A stretch of DNA of 64,000 bases from Octopus bimaculoides (GCF_001194135.2 NC_068998.1:3732662-3796661), one strand, 5' to 3'; positions 1-12,954 are shown, counted from the first letter of the stretch. A program made the numbers and translations. Notes: a model not told the origin generated them from the sequence alone.

Positions 1-71
<71 letters not shown>
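1..71. repeat. (AC)n microsatellite
   Basis: Pure AC dinucleotide run from the window start. Confidence 0.95.
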
Positions 72-73
<2 letters not shown>

Positions 74-180
74 GTATTTGTCTATTTTTCTTTTGTTTTC
101 TCTGTCCAGATATATGTTATGGGGGAAACCATGAAGGCCATCTCTTCCCATCAGTATCTTTTGTTTCAGAAATCTTTTAT

Positions 181-476
181 CCTTTTACTTGTTTCAGCCA
201 ATGGACTGCGGCCATGCTGGAGCACCGCTTCGAAGAATTTTAGTCGAACAAAATCGACCTCAGTGCTTATGTTTTATTTTTACGTCTGCCATCTATTCTA
301 TCGGCCTCTTTTGCCGTACCGTTATGATATGTGGACGTAAACAAACTAACACCGGTTGTCAAGTGATGGGAGGTGTGTGTGTGTATTACAAACACAGGCA
401 CAAAGACATGCACAGAGACAAACACAGACAGACAGACACACACACACACACACGTAAATATATATATATATATACA

Positions 477-542
<66 letters not shown>

Positions 543-716
543 CACACATGTACACGAGGGCATTCCACACAGTTTCCTTCTACAAATTTCACTCACAAAG
601 CATTGTTCAGTAGAAGCATTGTTCTGTAGAAGACATGGGCCCAAAGAGCTGGACAGTGAGACTGAACTCGGAGCCACGTCGTTGCAAAGCCAGCTTCTTC
701 CCCCCACAGCCACTTC
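181..716 (-). mobile_element. tRNA-derived SINE, family A, near full length, with internal (TA/CA)n tract
   Basis: Reverse complement of the head/core/tail layout seen at 1047-1500 and 10597-11020 (shared GGCCATGCTGGAGCACC, CCGGTTGTCAAG and CACAGCCACT motifs). Confidence 0.8.
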
Positions 717-1046
717 TGCGTCTAATATTTGCCATTTGTCGTCTCACAAACGGTTAATGGAAGCAAGTATGGTTGCGTCGTTAACAAGTTAGCTTCTTAA
801 CAGTATGATTGTATGTTCTCACTATGGCCTACTTTGAGCAATGAGTATTCTATCGTACAAAGCCTCGCGTTTCAGCAAAGCCTGACGAAGAGCGTAGGGA
901 CTGCTTCAGTTGTTAGGGTTAGGGTAGATTTAATGCAACGCTCGGTTTACTAAGCCGAAACCTTGCCAATGTCTAGGGGAGTCAGGTCTGTTGCCCAATC
1001 GCTAGCGTTCGGAGTAGGCCTCCAACTCGAGGACGTGTATATATAT

Positions 1047-1192
1047 AAAGTACTGTGTGGTAAGAAGTTTGCTCCCCAACCACATCGTTCTGGGTTCAAT
1101 CCCACTGCGTGGGCAAGTGTCTTCTACTATACCCTCAGGCCGATTAAAGCCATGTGAGTGAAATTGGTAAAGGGAAACTGAAAAAAGCTCGT

Positions 1193-1241
<49 letters not shown>

Positions 1242-1500
1242 ATATATATATGTATGTATATATATATATACCCATATGTGTGTGCGTGCGCCCGAGCGTG
1301 CGTATGCCTGTGTATGTCCCCACCACCGCTTGAAAACCGGTGTTGGAGTATCTACGCCCCCGTAACTTAGCGGTTCGGCAATACAGTACAATATATGAAA
1401 TACCAGGCTTAAAAACGGAGTACCGGAGTCGATTTGTTCGACTAAAATTCTCCACGGTGGTGCACCAGTATGGCTGCAGTCCAATGACTGAAACCCAATA
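1047..1500 (+). mobile_element. SINE family A, full length, with internal (TA)n
   Basis: Head CTGTGTGGTAAG...GGGTTCAATCCC (pol III A/B-box-like), core GGGCAAGTGTCTTCTACTAT, (TA)n, then tail CCGCTTGAAAACCGGTGTTGG...GCAGTCCAATGACTGAAAC. Confidence 0.8.
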
Positions 1501-2146
1501 TGTATTATATGCATGTATCGTATCTATTAAATAACTGGAAATATATTTATCATAACATTATCTACAATGTATATATGTATGTATACACACAATGCATGCA
1601 TACGTACACATCCGAACGCACACATACATCTTCAGAAAATAAACTGAGTCTAAAAACAGAGTCCAACAGCGATCTTATTCCTCCTAAGGAGATATTGAAA
1701 ACGAATCGATCAGATTGTTACGAAGGCCGTCAACTCTCAGCCACGGACATATATTTCTCTGTATATAAATATATATATATATTCCTTTCTTTTTTCTATT
1801 ATATTTATATTCCTATATATTTCTGTGTGTATACTTCTGTGTGTCTAAATATATAAAAATGACTTAAAGTTAAACTAAGTTACATGATAGAGAACTTGCT
1901 CATTTGGGCTATAAGGCCTATCTCACGTGCTATATGTTTAGGTCCAAAATCTCCTTAGCTGAGGAACACATTTCTCTTTCAAGTTTGCCCACACGTCTAA
2001 CTGTACACAAAACGACACGTATACAAGATAGTCCTGAATTCTATAGCTCTACCGATATTTTCAGAGACCCGTCTTACTATAATATATATATATATATATA
2101 TAATGTTCGATATTGTATGTTATTATAGTATACTGTATATACATTC

Positions 2147-2192
<46 letters not shown>

Positions 2193-2914
2193 TAAATAGG
2201 ACGTAGGTAAAAGTGCTATATCCTGGCAAGGAAATTATTTCATCTCGCCCGGTCTTATTTCCCCGTGATAATCGCTCCCAACTTCGATCTGAATATCCTC
2301 ATCGTTGACATAACGATCATCATACTTGTCATCGACTTCACCATTCTTGTCGTTTTTCCTCTTCTGTTACCACTTTCTCTTTTTAGAACCGTTTTTTTTT
2401 CGTGATTAAATTACTAAAATGTTGTAGTCTCATGGTATCCAAGAAAATATTCTTAGCTTTTACATACATACATAAATACATACATACGTGTGTGTGTATG
2501 TATGTATGTATGTATGCATATGTGTATATGCTTTTATATATCTATACTTATACGTGTATATGTATGTATGTATGTATGTATCTAACTCATACATACGTAT
2601 ATGTGCATACATACATGCATGCATACATACATACATGCATACATACATACATTTCTTTTGCCCCTTGTCGGCTCGAATCCAGAGTTGTTGCCAATGACAA
2701 TCCAGCCGTGACGATCACTTTGTATTTTTCAAACGTATACTGCAGACTACAATAATGTCTATTAATTTCTTTTTTCATATCTTGTATATTTTATAAGTGT
2801 AGGGTTTGATTAGGAAGTGATTTGGCTGTTGTGTCTAGCAATTCGAGTGACCACTTAGAGACTCGTTCGCTCGCCACTTTATAATCTTTGTTATGAGGGT
2901 GGTAAATTATATCA

Positions 2915-2959
<45 letters not shown>

Positions 2960-3381
2960 TATATACACTGATATAATTATATGTGTGTGTACTCAGTCCC
3001 ATATTTAAGCACATACACATACACCTATATATACAATCACATATATATAAATACACACATATACACATACATACATACATACATACATATGCATATACAC
3101 ATACAATACATTTGTTTGTGAACGATTTCAATACTGCAGAAACAAAACAAAAAATTCGTAAGGAAGCATGTATATATATATATGGGTGTGTATGTGTGTG
3201 TGTATAAATGTATGTATTTATGATATAGTTAAAATGCAATGAAAAAAAATAGCATAAGATGGACAAGGGTTAATGAATACTGTATTAGCTTAACGCTTTA
3301 ATCGGAGCAGATTATATATATATATATATATTTATATATATGTATGTACGTATGTATATATATGTATAAATATATACATAA

Positions 3382-3422
<41 letters not shown>

Positions 3423-3622
3423 GCAATCTATCTACATGTGTATACCTATATATAGATACATGTATGTATGTATGTATGTATGTATCTATCTATCTCTATC
3501 TATATATATATCTATCTATCTGCATACATACATGTCTCCAGACGTACATATATATATGTATATATATATATATATATATATAACTGTAGACATATAGTGC
3601 GTGAGCAAACAGACACTGCGTG

Positions 3623-3678
<56 letters not shown>

Positions 3679-4169
3679 TACATACATACACACGCACACG
3701 CACAATACTCATTACCTTTGTATGTAAACATGTAAAGGTAACGAGGCCAGCTATTAATCAGAATCCTCCGGCACAAATGAATTCCTTCTCTTCTAAGGAC
3801 CACTAAATCGACTTTGCTTCACTTTTCTTATGCCGGATCCACTGGGGCCTCTGTCTGTCTGTCTCTCCCTCTCCCCCCTCTCTCTCCTACGTCCCAGGAT
3901 TTCGACTTCGAGAATCTTGTTGAAAAGTGTTGTTGAACCGGATGTGAGAAAATCTTTCGTTAGAGATTAATCTACAAAATCTCTCGTCTCTGGTCTACAT
4001 CCGTCTCCTGTCTCTTGGATTGCTTCATTTCTTTGAGCTCGAACCATCGCTGCAGTGTCTGCTGACGGATTTCTCTCTCTCCCTCTCCATCGTCGTCTCT
4101 CTCTCTCTCCATATTGATATCTTTCCTTCTTTCTCTATCATATCTGTCTGTCTGTCTGTCATTCATATA

Positions 4170-4325
4170 GGAGTGGCTGTGTGGTAAGCAGCCTGCTTAC
4201 CAACCGCATGGTTCCGGGTTCAGTCTCACTGCGTGGCACTTTGGGCAAGTGTCTTCTTCTATAGCCTCGGGCCGACCAAAGCCTTGTGGGTGGATTTGGT
4301 AGAGGGAAACAGAAAGAAGCTCGTC

Positions 4326-4397
<72 letters not shown>

Positions 4398-4415
4398 GTG
4401 TGTGTATGTTTGTCT
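4170..4415 (+). mobile_element. SINE family A, 5' half ending in long (TA)n
   Basis: GGAGTGGCTGTGTGGTAAG...GGGTTCAGTCTCACTGCGTGGCAC...GAAACAGAAAGAAGCTCGTCG followed by a long (TA)n. Confidence 0.85.
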
Positions 4416-4559
4416 ACGCCAACATCCTCACTGAGTCGATTTTGCCAGCCTCGGAAAATCTGCGAAGAGCAATGGATGTTACAGTAACCGCTCCAGTTCC
4501 AACGTGTGGCATCTTAAACTGTGGTCACTTTTCTTTAGCTTCGAGTCGACTCATACCGC

Positions 4560-4775
4560 GTGAGTGAAATTGGGTAGACGGTGACTATGGAAACCCGTCG
4601 AGTGGACTGTGTCTGTAACTTAAAGATACAGCCTTGTCACAAACATGGTGTTACATTCATTCCGTCTGAGAATGACGTTAAGTGGATCATGTTTCCATGA
4701 AATGCTCAGTCACTTACTCTGGCAAGTAATCCATTTGATCGAACAACCGAATCCTCATCGTCGAAAACCGACGCA
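4560..4775 (+). mobile_element. Degenerate 3' part of SINE family C
   Basis: CAGCCTTGTCAC...GAGAATGACGTTAAG...TGCTCAGTCACTT...GATCGAACAAC aligns by eye to the tail of the 35335-35705 copy. Confidence 0.5.
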
Positions 4776-6119
4776 GATCCGCGTGCGTGCGTGCGTGTGT
4801 GTGCGTGCGCCTTAACATGCTTGCAGGAGCAAAGAACGAGTTACTGAGCTGTTTCGATAATTTTCCTCTTTGTTGTTGTTCTTGCCGCTATTTTTAATTC
4901 CTGATTAGCCACGTTTAGATCTATGATAAAAGAAAACATTCCACTTTTAACCATTCCCTTCTTGTAGCATTACTCAAGGCAATATAATCCAATATCAAAA
5001 ACAGCGATATGCGACTTAAAAAGAAATTTGGCTGCTATTTCTAGTATGCCGAACGACCACAGAAAAGTTCCTTTAATTTTGATCGTCAACTCACATATCT
5101 TCCAGCGGTGAGGAAAGAAACCATTGTTTGTAATGAGCATGCTCTTTCTGTCTGTTAATGTTTGCATTACACTTCATTGTTGATAGAGCTTCCATGTTTA
5201 CTCATGTCCGCTCATACAAGATGGCCGTGTTTCAGCGTCTTGCTAACTTGCGGTTTGTCGATGATGAAGAGATTTAAAAATTTTGATAGCCATTCTCTTT
5301 TTTTATTATTTATTTTTAGCACTAATATATTATTAATGCTTATTTATATTTAAATGTTAAACATGATGTAATATATTATTGATGTTAATTTATGTCCTGA
5401 TGTAAATATATGATATGCTATTTATGCTAATTTATGTTTGCAACGCAGACCGTGTTCTGTTTAAGACGAATTTATTTTACAACATTCATCTATTTTGCAA
5501 CTAGGATTCATCTGGCTTTCGAAATATACTTTACGGCTAGCTTTATACATACATACATACATCTATATATATATATATATACATCTATACATATATACAT
5601 TTACATGGAGTAGATAAAACAGGGGACAACTGATGAAGGGAATGTTCTTTATGTTGCCTCTCTCGTTTCTCTATTTGTTTCTTTTGTTGTTCGCAAAAAA
5701 GTTCGTTTTGCATGTTTTTGTTTTTTATGTTCTCGTTTCTCATTTTGTTGACGTATTTTTGATGTCCTATACCCATATATGCATGTATTTATACATATAT
5801 ATGTAGGTATGTACAAATATGTATGTATATATGCATATATTTATATTATATTATATATACACGCACATATATATATATACATACATATATACATAATACA
5901 CACACACACACACACATATATATATGTATATATGCACACACAATTAAATCAAGGATATAAAATCCTGTTAAAGGGGTGTCACCATCCAAGTTCCCCGTAT
6001 TTATCCAGTGCATCAGTGAAAAACGAAAGATGTTAGCTTCGTATTGATGGATATGGGTATATTTCTTTTTCTCATACGTAAACAATACTTACATACTTAT
6101 ATATATATGTATATATACA

Positions 6120-6245
6120 TTGATGTCTGATCAGAAAGTATCGGGACTGTTGCTGTAAATGGAAAACTGTAACCCATATCAATTCGGCATTTAATCTCCT
6201 TCGAGGTAGTTCCCTTCTAATGCCACACGCTTTATCCAGCTTCTA
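6120..6245 (-). mobile_element. Tc1/mariner 3' end remnant (TIR region plus last transposase codons)
   Basis: CAATTCGGCATTTAATCTCCTTCGAGGTAGTTCCCTTCT...CACACGCTTTATCCAGC is homologous to 51697-51760; TIR-like GTCTGATCAGAAAGTATCGGGACTGTTGCT. Confidence 0.6.
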
Positions 6246-7688
6246 ATACAAATTTATTCTACAGCATACTACAACTCAACAAATAGCTTTTATACACTCT
6301 CTATATATTTTAGACTAGAGATTTCGATTTCGTTTCGGAAGTGACTCGAGTATACGGTATTGATAAGTTGCAACTACGGCGAAATACGGTATCAGCCGCT
6401 CTTGTGATCACTTCTGGGGCGATTTCGTTTCACTTAGCTCTAAAGAAACATACTTATAACACGCCATGTACACCCTCTCCTCCCATCGGATCTCTCACTA
6501 TGGTTCTCTGTGTGTGTATGTATGTGTTAATCATTGCCTGCTACCAAGTCTAGTACGTGCTCTCATTCTGCATCTCTTTGCCTGTCCAAAACGTTTACAT
6601 TAGTTTGTCCTAAACACCCATGCATGTTTTCCGACTCTTAGTTTCGCCCTTCTTTCATCTGCTCTGCGTTACATAAAGCTTTCCTTTCGCAAATCTCAAT
6701 AATTACTCCTGTTGGTTTTGAATGTGTATCATATACGATTCATGGACGCCAGGGCAATGTTTCCTGAGTATCACATGCGATAAACAACACAGGCAAAGGG
6801 TTATCTCTCTTCTCTGCACATCACTTTTACTATCTCTTCCCATCTCTCTATACGATGTAAAGAACCAATGCAAAAATCAATCAACCAGCCAACCAACCAA
6901 CATTTATATCAGTTATTATTAAATAGACATTATTAATGCTAATTTATGTAATATATTATCTATGCTAATTTATGTTTGTATGTAACATATGCCTGTGTTC
7001 CGTTTGTCTATTTTCCTGCGAAAACTCATTTGGTTTGTATGATATGACGTACCTCACGCCTGGTTTGTGTTTCTTATGGTTGACTTAGCTTAATTACTCT
7101 ATAATTTGGTCTACTCACAGTAATTTAATTAGTGGCTGGTTTTTTGTTTTATACTTAACTTGATCAGTAGTATTCGAGGTTACTCGTACTTAATACTTAG
7201 AAAACATTAGTTACCAATATACAACTGGGGGCAAGGGGGTACTCTATGCGGCCATCTTGTAAGTTTTTGTAGAATTTTTGTAGAATTTAGGCGAAAACGG
7301 TCATATAGGCTCACACACACGCACAAATCCCCATAAATGTATTCATCCACAAATAAGAACCTATGTGTGTATGTGTATATATATATATATATACATACAC
7401 ACACATGCAGTCATACACACTCACAAACAGGTACATACAGTGACAGGTATTGCTACACATAGACTGACAAATGTGGACACATGAAGAGAGAGGGAAAGAG
7501 AGAGAGATAGTGAAGGAGGGAGGGAGAGAGAGAGATAGTGAAGGAGGGAGGGAGAGAGAGAGAGAGACAAACATACACAAAGACACAAACACGTAGACAC
7601 ACACCCTCACTCCCTCTCTTTCCCTCACACACGCATACAGACAGATACACACAGAAGCATTCACACATAAACTGGCACACAAACAACG

Positions 7689-7731
<43 letters not shown>

Positions 7732-8974
7732 GCGAATATAATGACGTCGTCAATGGCTGTCATTTCTGATTCTGTCACTTCTGAGCTGAAGTGTTGACAA
7801 ACATTTTACTCTCGTTTGACATCCGGACAATCAAGTTTTAGCAATTACTTTACTGCAATCATTGATTTAGTCTCACTAACAACCATTATGTCAATTATCT
7901 TATTAATTAATTTGGCAATTAACCTTACTATTTCATTCATCTACCTTTGTTGTAGCACTAAACTACAAGATTCTCATATCTGGTAACTGTATTTGCAAAA
8001 AGTAGCAGCCAAAACTCCATTGGATTACATCGTATTATGTTGGATAAGCAAAAGGCGCATTGAATAATATAGGCACCGTGGATATTTCCAAAAATACGAG
8101 ATGGTCACGGGTGGGGAGTCGGTATGTCTTTGATCATGGGTTTGCTCGATTCCACTAGGATTAGCCTAGTGAAACAACGACAACTGTACAGTGTTGGTAC
8201 GTTCCCGGAAAGTCGGTTTCGCTTCCCGGTTCACTTACATCTCATTCTTTCACTGATGCAAACGAATGATACCTCTCACTCGCAAGGTTTTCTTCATCAT
8301 CAAGGTTTTTCTTCTAAAGCAGAAGACCCACGTCTCAGTCATGTGATAATATACGTATATGTGTATGTACATATCAGTAGGTATATATTAATACATATAT
8401 ATTGTGTACATATATAAACCTCTCTCTCCCTCTCCCTCTCTCTCTCTAGCCGAAATTGCAAAGACGATCTGGAACTCGACTGAAGAAAGAAAACTCCGTA
8501 TGACCCGTCCTTGTTTTCTTTATATCGTCTGTCTGGATATTTTGTTGTCCCTTTTTTTGTATCACCTAACTGTCTGGATGTTCTGCGTTCTTGTCCCATT
8601 TTTGGCATTCCTTTTTATATGTATGTATATGACTATATGTATATATATATGTAAAAAGAATACATCCCACTACCCACACATACACATAGGGAGATGCAGA
8701 TATATATAATACGTATATATTTGATATAAATTCCATATACTTGAATATGATGCATATATTGGTATACAATATAAATTTATTATACAAGACAGAATAAGTG
8801 GATAGAACTGTATACGGATGTCGAACCACTGACGAAAGTTTCTCTTAACGACAAAATGTTACTCAGCAAAACGTACAAAACATTTTACTGGATCATAATT
8901 TTTTTGATTAGAGTAAAACACACACACACACACACGACGGGTAACACCAGTTTATATATACAATATATATTGGC

Positions 8975-9085
8975 GGTGGCACGGCTATATGGTAATAAGT
9001 TCGCCTCCCAACCACATGGCTCCGGGTTCAGTCTTTCTGCTTGGAACCTTGTAAGTGGATTTGGTTGTCGGAAACGGAAAGAAGC

Positions 9086-9125
<40 letters not shown>
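8975..9125 (+). mobile_element. SINE family A, degenerate 5' half ending in (TA)n
   Basis: CCAACCACATGGCTCCGGGTTCAGTC...GTGGATTTGGTTGTCGGAAACGGAAAGAAGCC then (TA)n. Confidence 0.7.
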
Positions 9126-9129
<4 letters not shown>

Positions 9130-9309
9130 CCAGCACCATGTACATAACGTGCATACGCTGCAGTTTATCATCTCAGTAGCATGTGTCTTGCTTTCGGTTA
9201 TTGCTTTAGATTCCTATGTAATCGTGTGCAGTTATAAGATCGAAAGGAACATCCAAGACGTGACAGCTGGAAGAAGAGAGGGCTCTCCCCCCCACCACTG
9301 GAGGAAAGT

Positions 9310-9430
9310 TGGGGGAAAGTGAAATCAAGTAACTTGCTCAAGGAACATAACGTACAGCTGCGACCAGAAACTGAATCCACAATCCTAGGGTCGGGTGCTG
9401 AACACCAAAACTGCTCACCCACGGGCCATC
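9310..9430 (-). mobile_element. Degenerate SINE family C head
   Basis: Reverse complement contains a tRNA-like head and TTCCTTGAGCAAGTTACTT, as in other family C copies. Confidence 0.45.
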
Positions 9431-10020
9431 AGACTATTTAAGTATACATATATATCTATATATACACACAGATACACATATATATACACACACATATATA
9501 CGTATGCGCGCGCGCGCGCGCGCGCGCGCGCACACACACACACACACACACGCACGCGCACACACACGCCCTGGCTTATGAAGACGAGATTCATATCAAC
9601 CGAGTCAGCATTTAGCAGCGGCAGTTTTTCTTTTTTTTTTTTTTTTTTTTTTTTTATTAAGAAAAGATTTGACTGCTATTTCTTGCGGGTAGGATGATTG
9701 CTTAGAGTTCGCTCCTGCACTGGGTGGGTATTGTTTTTGTTGTTGTGGTAGTGATTGTAGCAGTATATGTTGTGGTGGAGTGTTGCTGTTAGATGCTGTT
9801 GTTTAGTCCTAGATAAAAGTCATTACTGAAGACAATCCAGCCATGGAGATCCCATCTATTCTTAAGCATAGTGTACCATGGATTGCATTGTATAATGCGC
9901 TCTTCCTTCTCAAAGCGGCAGAGGAAGTTTTAACTGCTGCTTCTCGTGCGTGGAAACGACTACTAAGAGGCTTCATCGATGGTGGTGGCGGCGGTGGTGG
10001 TGTCTTTCACTTTTATTTAT

Positions 10021-10531
10021 CTTTTTCTTGTTTCAATAATTAGAGTGCGGCCATGCTGGGGTACCGCCTTGAAGAATTTTTAGTCGACCCTAATAGTTAT
10101 TCTTTTTTTTAAGCCTGGTACTTATTCTATCGATCTCTTTTGCCGAACCGCTGAGTTACGGGGGACGTAAACACACCAACACCGGTTGTCAAGCAATAAT
10201 AGTGGACAGACAGAGAAACACGCGCGCACACACACACACACACGATACACACACGCGCGAACACACACACACACACACACAACAGGCTTCTTTTCAGTTT
10301 CCGTGTACCAAATCCACTCACAAGGTTTTGGTTAGCCCAAGGCTATAGTAGAAGACACTTGCCCAAGGTGCCACGCAGTGGGACTGAACTNNNNNNNNNN
10401 GTACCAAATCCACTCACAAGGTTTTGGTTAGCCCAAGGCTATAGTAGAAGACACTTGCCCAAGGTGCCACGCAGTGGGACTGAACTCGGAACCATGTGAG
10501 TGGGAAACAAACTTCTTACCACACAGCCACC
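10021..10531 (-). mobile_element. SINE family A, full length (contains a 10-N gap with duplicated flank)
   Basis: Reverse complement of head, core, (CA)n and tail. Confidence 0.85.
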
Positions 10532-10596
10532 CTGGCGCCTTTTGCTAGTAGTGATCGTGGTGGTGGTGGTAACTGAGGTTGTGTATGTCCTTATGG

Positions 10597-11020
10597 AGGC
10601 GCAAGAGTGGCTGTGTGGTAAGAAGCTTGCTTCCCGACCGCATGGTTCCGGGTTCGGTCCCACTGTGTGGTACCTTGGGCAAGCGTCTTCGACTGTAGGT
10701 TCGGGCCGACCATAGCCTTGTGAGTGGATTTGGTTGACGGAAACTGAAAGAATCCCGTCGTATTTCTCTCTCTCTCTCACATATATGTGTGTGAGTGTGC
10801 GTGTGTATGTATGTGTGTGTGTGTCCCAACACCGATTGACAACAGATGTTGGGGTGTTTACGTTCCCATAACTTAGCGGTTCATCCAGAGAGGCCCATAG
10901 AATAAGTACCAGGTTTTTTTGCTTTTTAAAAAACATAACTGGGGGGTCGATTCACTCGACTAAGAATTCCTCAAAGTGGTGCTCCATCATGGCCGCAGTC
11001 TAATGATGGAAACAAGATAA
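10597..11020 (+). mobile_element. SINE family A, full length
   Basis: GAGTGGCTGTGTGGTAAGAAGCTTGC...GGAAACTGAAAGAATCCCGTCG, (CT/GT)n, ...CATGGCCGCAGTCTAATGATGGAAACAAG. Confidence 0.85.
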
Positions 11021-11069
11021 AAGACGTGACTTGTCGCATAGCGTTGGTGGTAATGGTGGGAGGAGATGA

Positions 11070-11074
11070 TACGC

Positions 11075-11110
<36 letters not shown>

Positions 11111-11578
11111 TTTGCTATGGTACTGTTGCCCCAGGTCAGCTCTGAGTATACATATAATGAAAGACCTTCCAACCGTGACCACCTCGGCTCTGTTCTATGG
11201 GCAGAGATCTCAGAACTACATCATACAATGCATATCTCTTTTCTAAGACAATCGAGTAATATTTGAGGGAGGTTTAGCTGCCGTTTCTACCAGGTCGAGC
11301 TTCCAGATACAGATCCGGTGGTGGTGTTGATGGTGGTATTGGTGGTGGTGACGTGGTGATGTTAGTGGTGGTGGTGGTGGTCATGGTCGTAATGGCAACA
11401 GGAGCGACAATGTCGTCAGTGATTCTTCTGGACATGGTACTGTTGCTGGTAGTCGTGGTAGTAGTAGTAGTAGTAGTAGTAGTAGTTGCAATGATAACGA
11501 TGGTGCTATTGTTATTGTTGCGGTGGTGGTGGTGGTGGTGGTTGTGATGGTAACGATGACGGTGGTGGTGGTGGTGGT
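11070..11578. repeat. (TAG)n and (GTG)n trinucleotide low-complexity region running into an assembly gap
   Basis: Directly visible; explains the poly-V and poly-T ORFs here. Confidence 0.9.
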
Positions 11579-12469
11579 NNNNNNNNNNNNNNNNNNNNNN
11601 NNNNNNNNNNNNNNNNNNNNNNNNNNNNNNNNNNNNNNNNNNNNNNNNNNNNNNNNNNNNNNNNNNNNNNNNNNNNNNNNNNNNNNNNNNNNNNNNNNNN
11701 NNNNNNNNNNNNNNNNNNNNNNNNNNNNNNNNNNNNNNNNNNNNNNNNNNNNNNNNNNNNNNNNNNNNNNNNNNNNNNNNNNNNNNNNNNNNNNNNNNNN
11801 NNNNNNNNNNNNNNNNNNNNNNNNNNNNNNNNNNNNNNNNNNNNNNNNNNNNNNNNNNNNNNNNNNNNNNNNNNNNNNNNNNNNNNNNNNNNNNNNNNNN
11901 NNNNNNNNNNNNNNNNNNNNNNNNNNNNNNNNNNNNNNNNNNNNNNNNNNNNNNNNNNNNNNNNNNNNNNNNNNNNNNNNNNNNNNNNNNNNNNNNNNNN
12001 NNNNNNNNNNNNNNNNNNNNNNNNNNNNNNNNNNNNNNNNNNNNNNNNNNNNNNNNNNNNNNNNNNNNNNNNNNNNNNNNNNNNNNNNNNNNNNNNNNNN
12101 NNNNNNNNNNNNNNNNNNNNNNNNNNNNNNNNNNNNNNNNNNNNNNNNNNNNNNNNNNNNNNNNNNNNNNNNNNNNNNNNNNNNNNNNNNNNNNNNNNNN
12201 NNNNNNNNNNNNNNNNNNNNNNNNNNNNNNNNNNNNNNNNNNNNNNNNNNNNNNNNNNNNNNNNNNNNNNNNNNNNNNNNNNNNNNNNNNNNNNNNNNNN
12301 NNNNNNNNNNNNNNNNNNNNNNNNNNNNNNNNNNNNNNNNNNNNNNNNNNNNNNNNNNNNNNNNNNNNNNNNNNNNNACAGAAGTATAAAACATCGTTGC
12401 TGTTGCTTGGTTTGTTTATGAATTTAGATACATTACTACAACGATAACAACAACATTAATAATAATAAT

Positions 12470-12690
12470 AACAATGGTTTCGAATTTTGGAATAAGGCCA
12501 GCAGGTTCGGGGTGGGGGTGGGGGGTAAGTCGATAAAAATCGACCCCAGTGCTCGACTGGTACTTAATTTGTTGACCCCCGAAAGGATGAAAAGCAAAGT
12601 CGACCTCGGCGGAATTTGAACTCAGAACGTAACGACGACGGGCGAAATGCCGTTAAGGCTTTCGCTCGGTGTGCTAACGATTCAGCCAGC
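12470..12690 (-). mobile_element. SINE family B with 'GCTGGCCTT...AAAATT.GAAAC(C)ATT' tail
   Basis: Core CGAAAGGATGAAAAGCAAAGTCGACCTCGGCGGAATTTGAACTCAGAACGT; (AAT)n on + is the (ATT)n tail. Confidence 0.85.
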
Positions 12691-12692
12691 AA

Positions 12693-12840
12693 TTCTTTCT
12701 GCTATAAGCTCAAGGCTTGAAATTTTTTCGGGGTGGGGTTAATCAATTGCATTGAGTTCAGTACTTGACTGGTACTTTGTTTTATCGACCCCGAAAGAAT
12801 AAAAGGCAAAGTTGACCTCAACGGGATTTGAACTCAAAAA
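12693..12840 (-). mobile_element. SINE family B, 5'-truncated, 'AAATTTCAGGCC...TAGAAAG' tail type
   Basis: ATCGACCCCGAAAGAATAAAAGGCAAAGTTGACCTCAACGGGATTTGAACTC plus tail TTCTTTCTGCTATAAGCTCAAGGCTTGAAATT. Confidence 0.75.
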
Positions 12841-12954
12841 CGTTCTTCCACCCCAGTGTCTTATAACTGGTTTTGACAGGCCTTCATACAAGGCCTGTCA
12901 TTTAAGGGTTTGGTTATGATCGATTAAATCGATTCCAATATTTGACGGATACTA

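Noticed and set aside
870-975. CTGACGA...GAAAC...GTC with GAGCGT/ACGCTC pairing and a short TTAGGG run
   Set aside because: Stems I and II do not abut the hammerhead core correctly, and only about two TTAGGG units are present. Neither a ribozyme nor an interstitial telomere is supported.
2225-2365. Minus frame KRKNDKNGEVDDKYDDRYVNDEDIQIEVGSDYHGEIRPGEMK*
   Set aside because: Protein-like, but the upstream acceptor has no polypyrimidine tract and no homology is recognised.
5216-7262. 13-bp inverted match TACAAGATGGCCG / CGGCCATCTTGTA about 2 kb apart
   Set aside because: No TSD or further terminal similarity; could be chance or YY1-like motifs.
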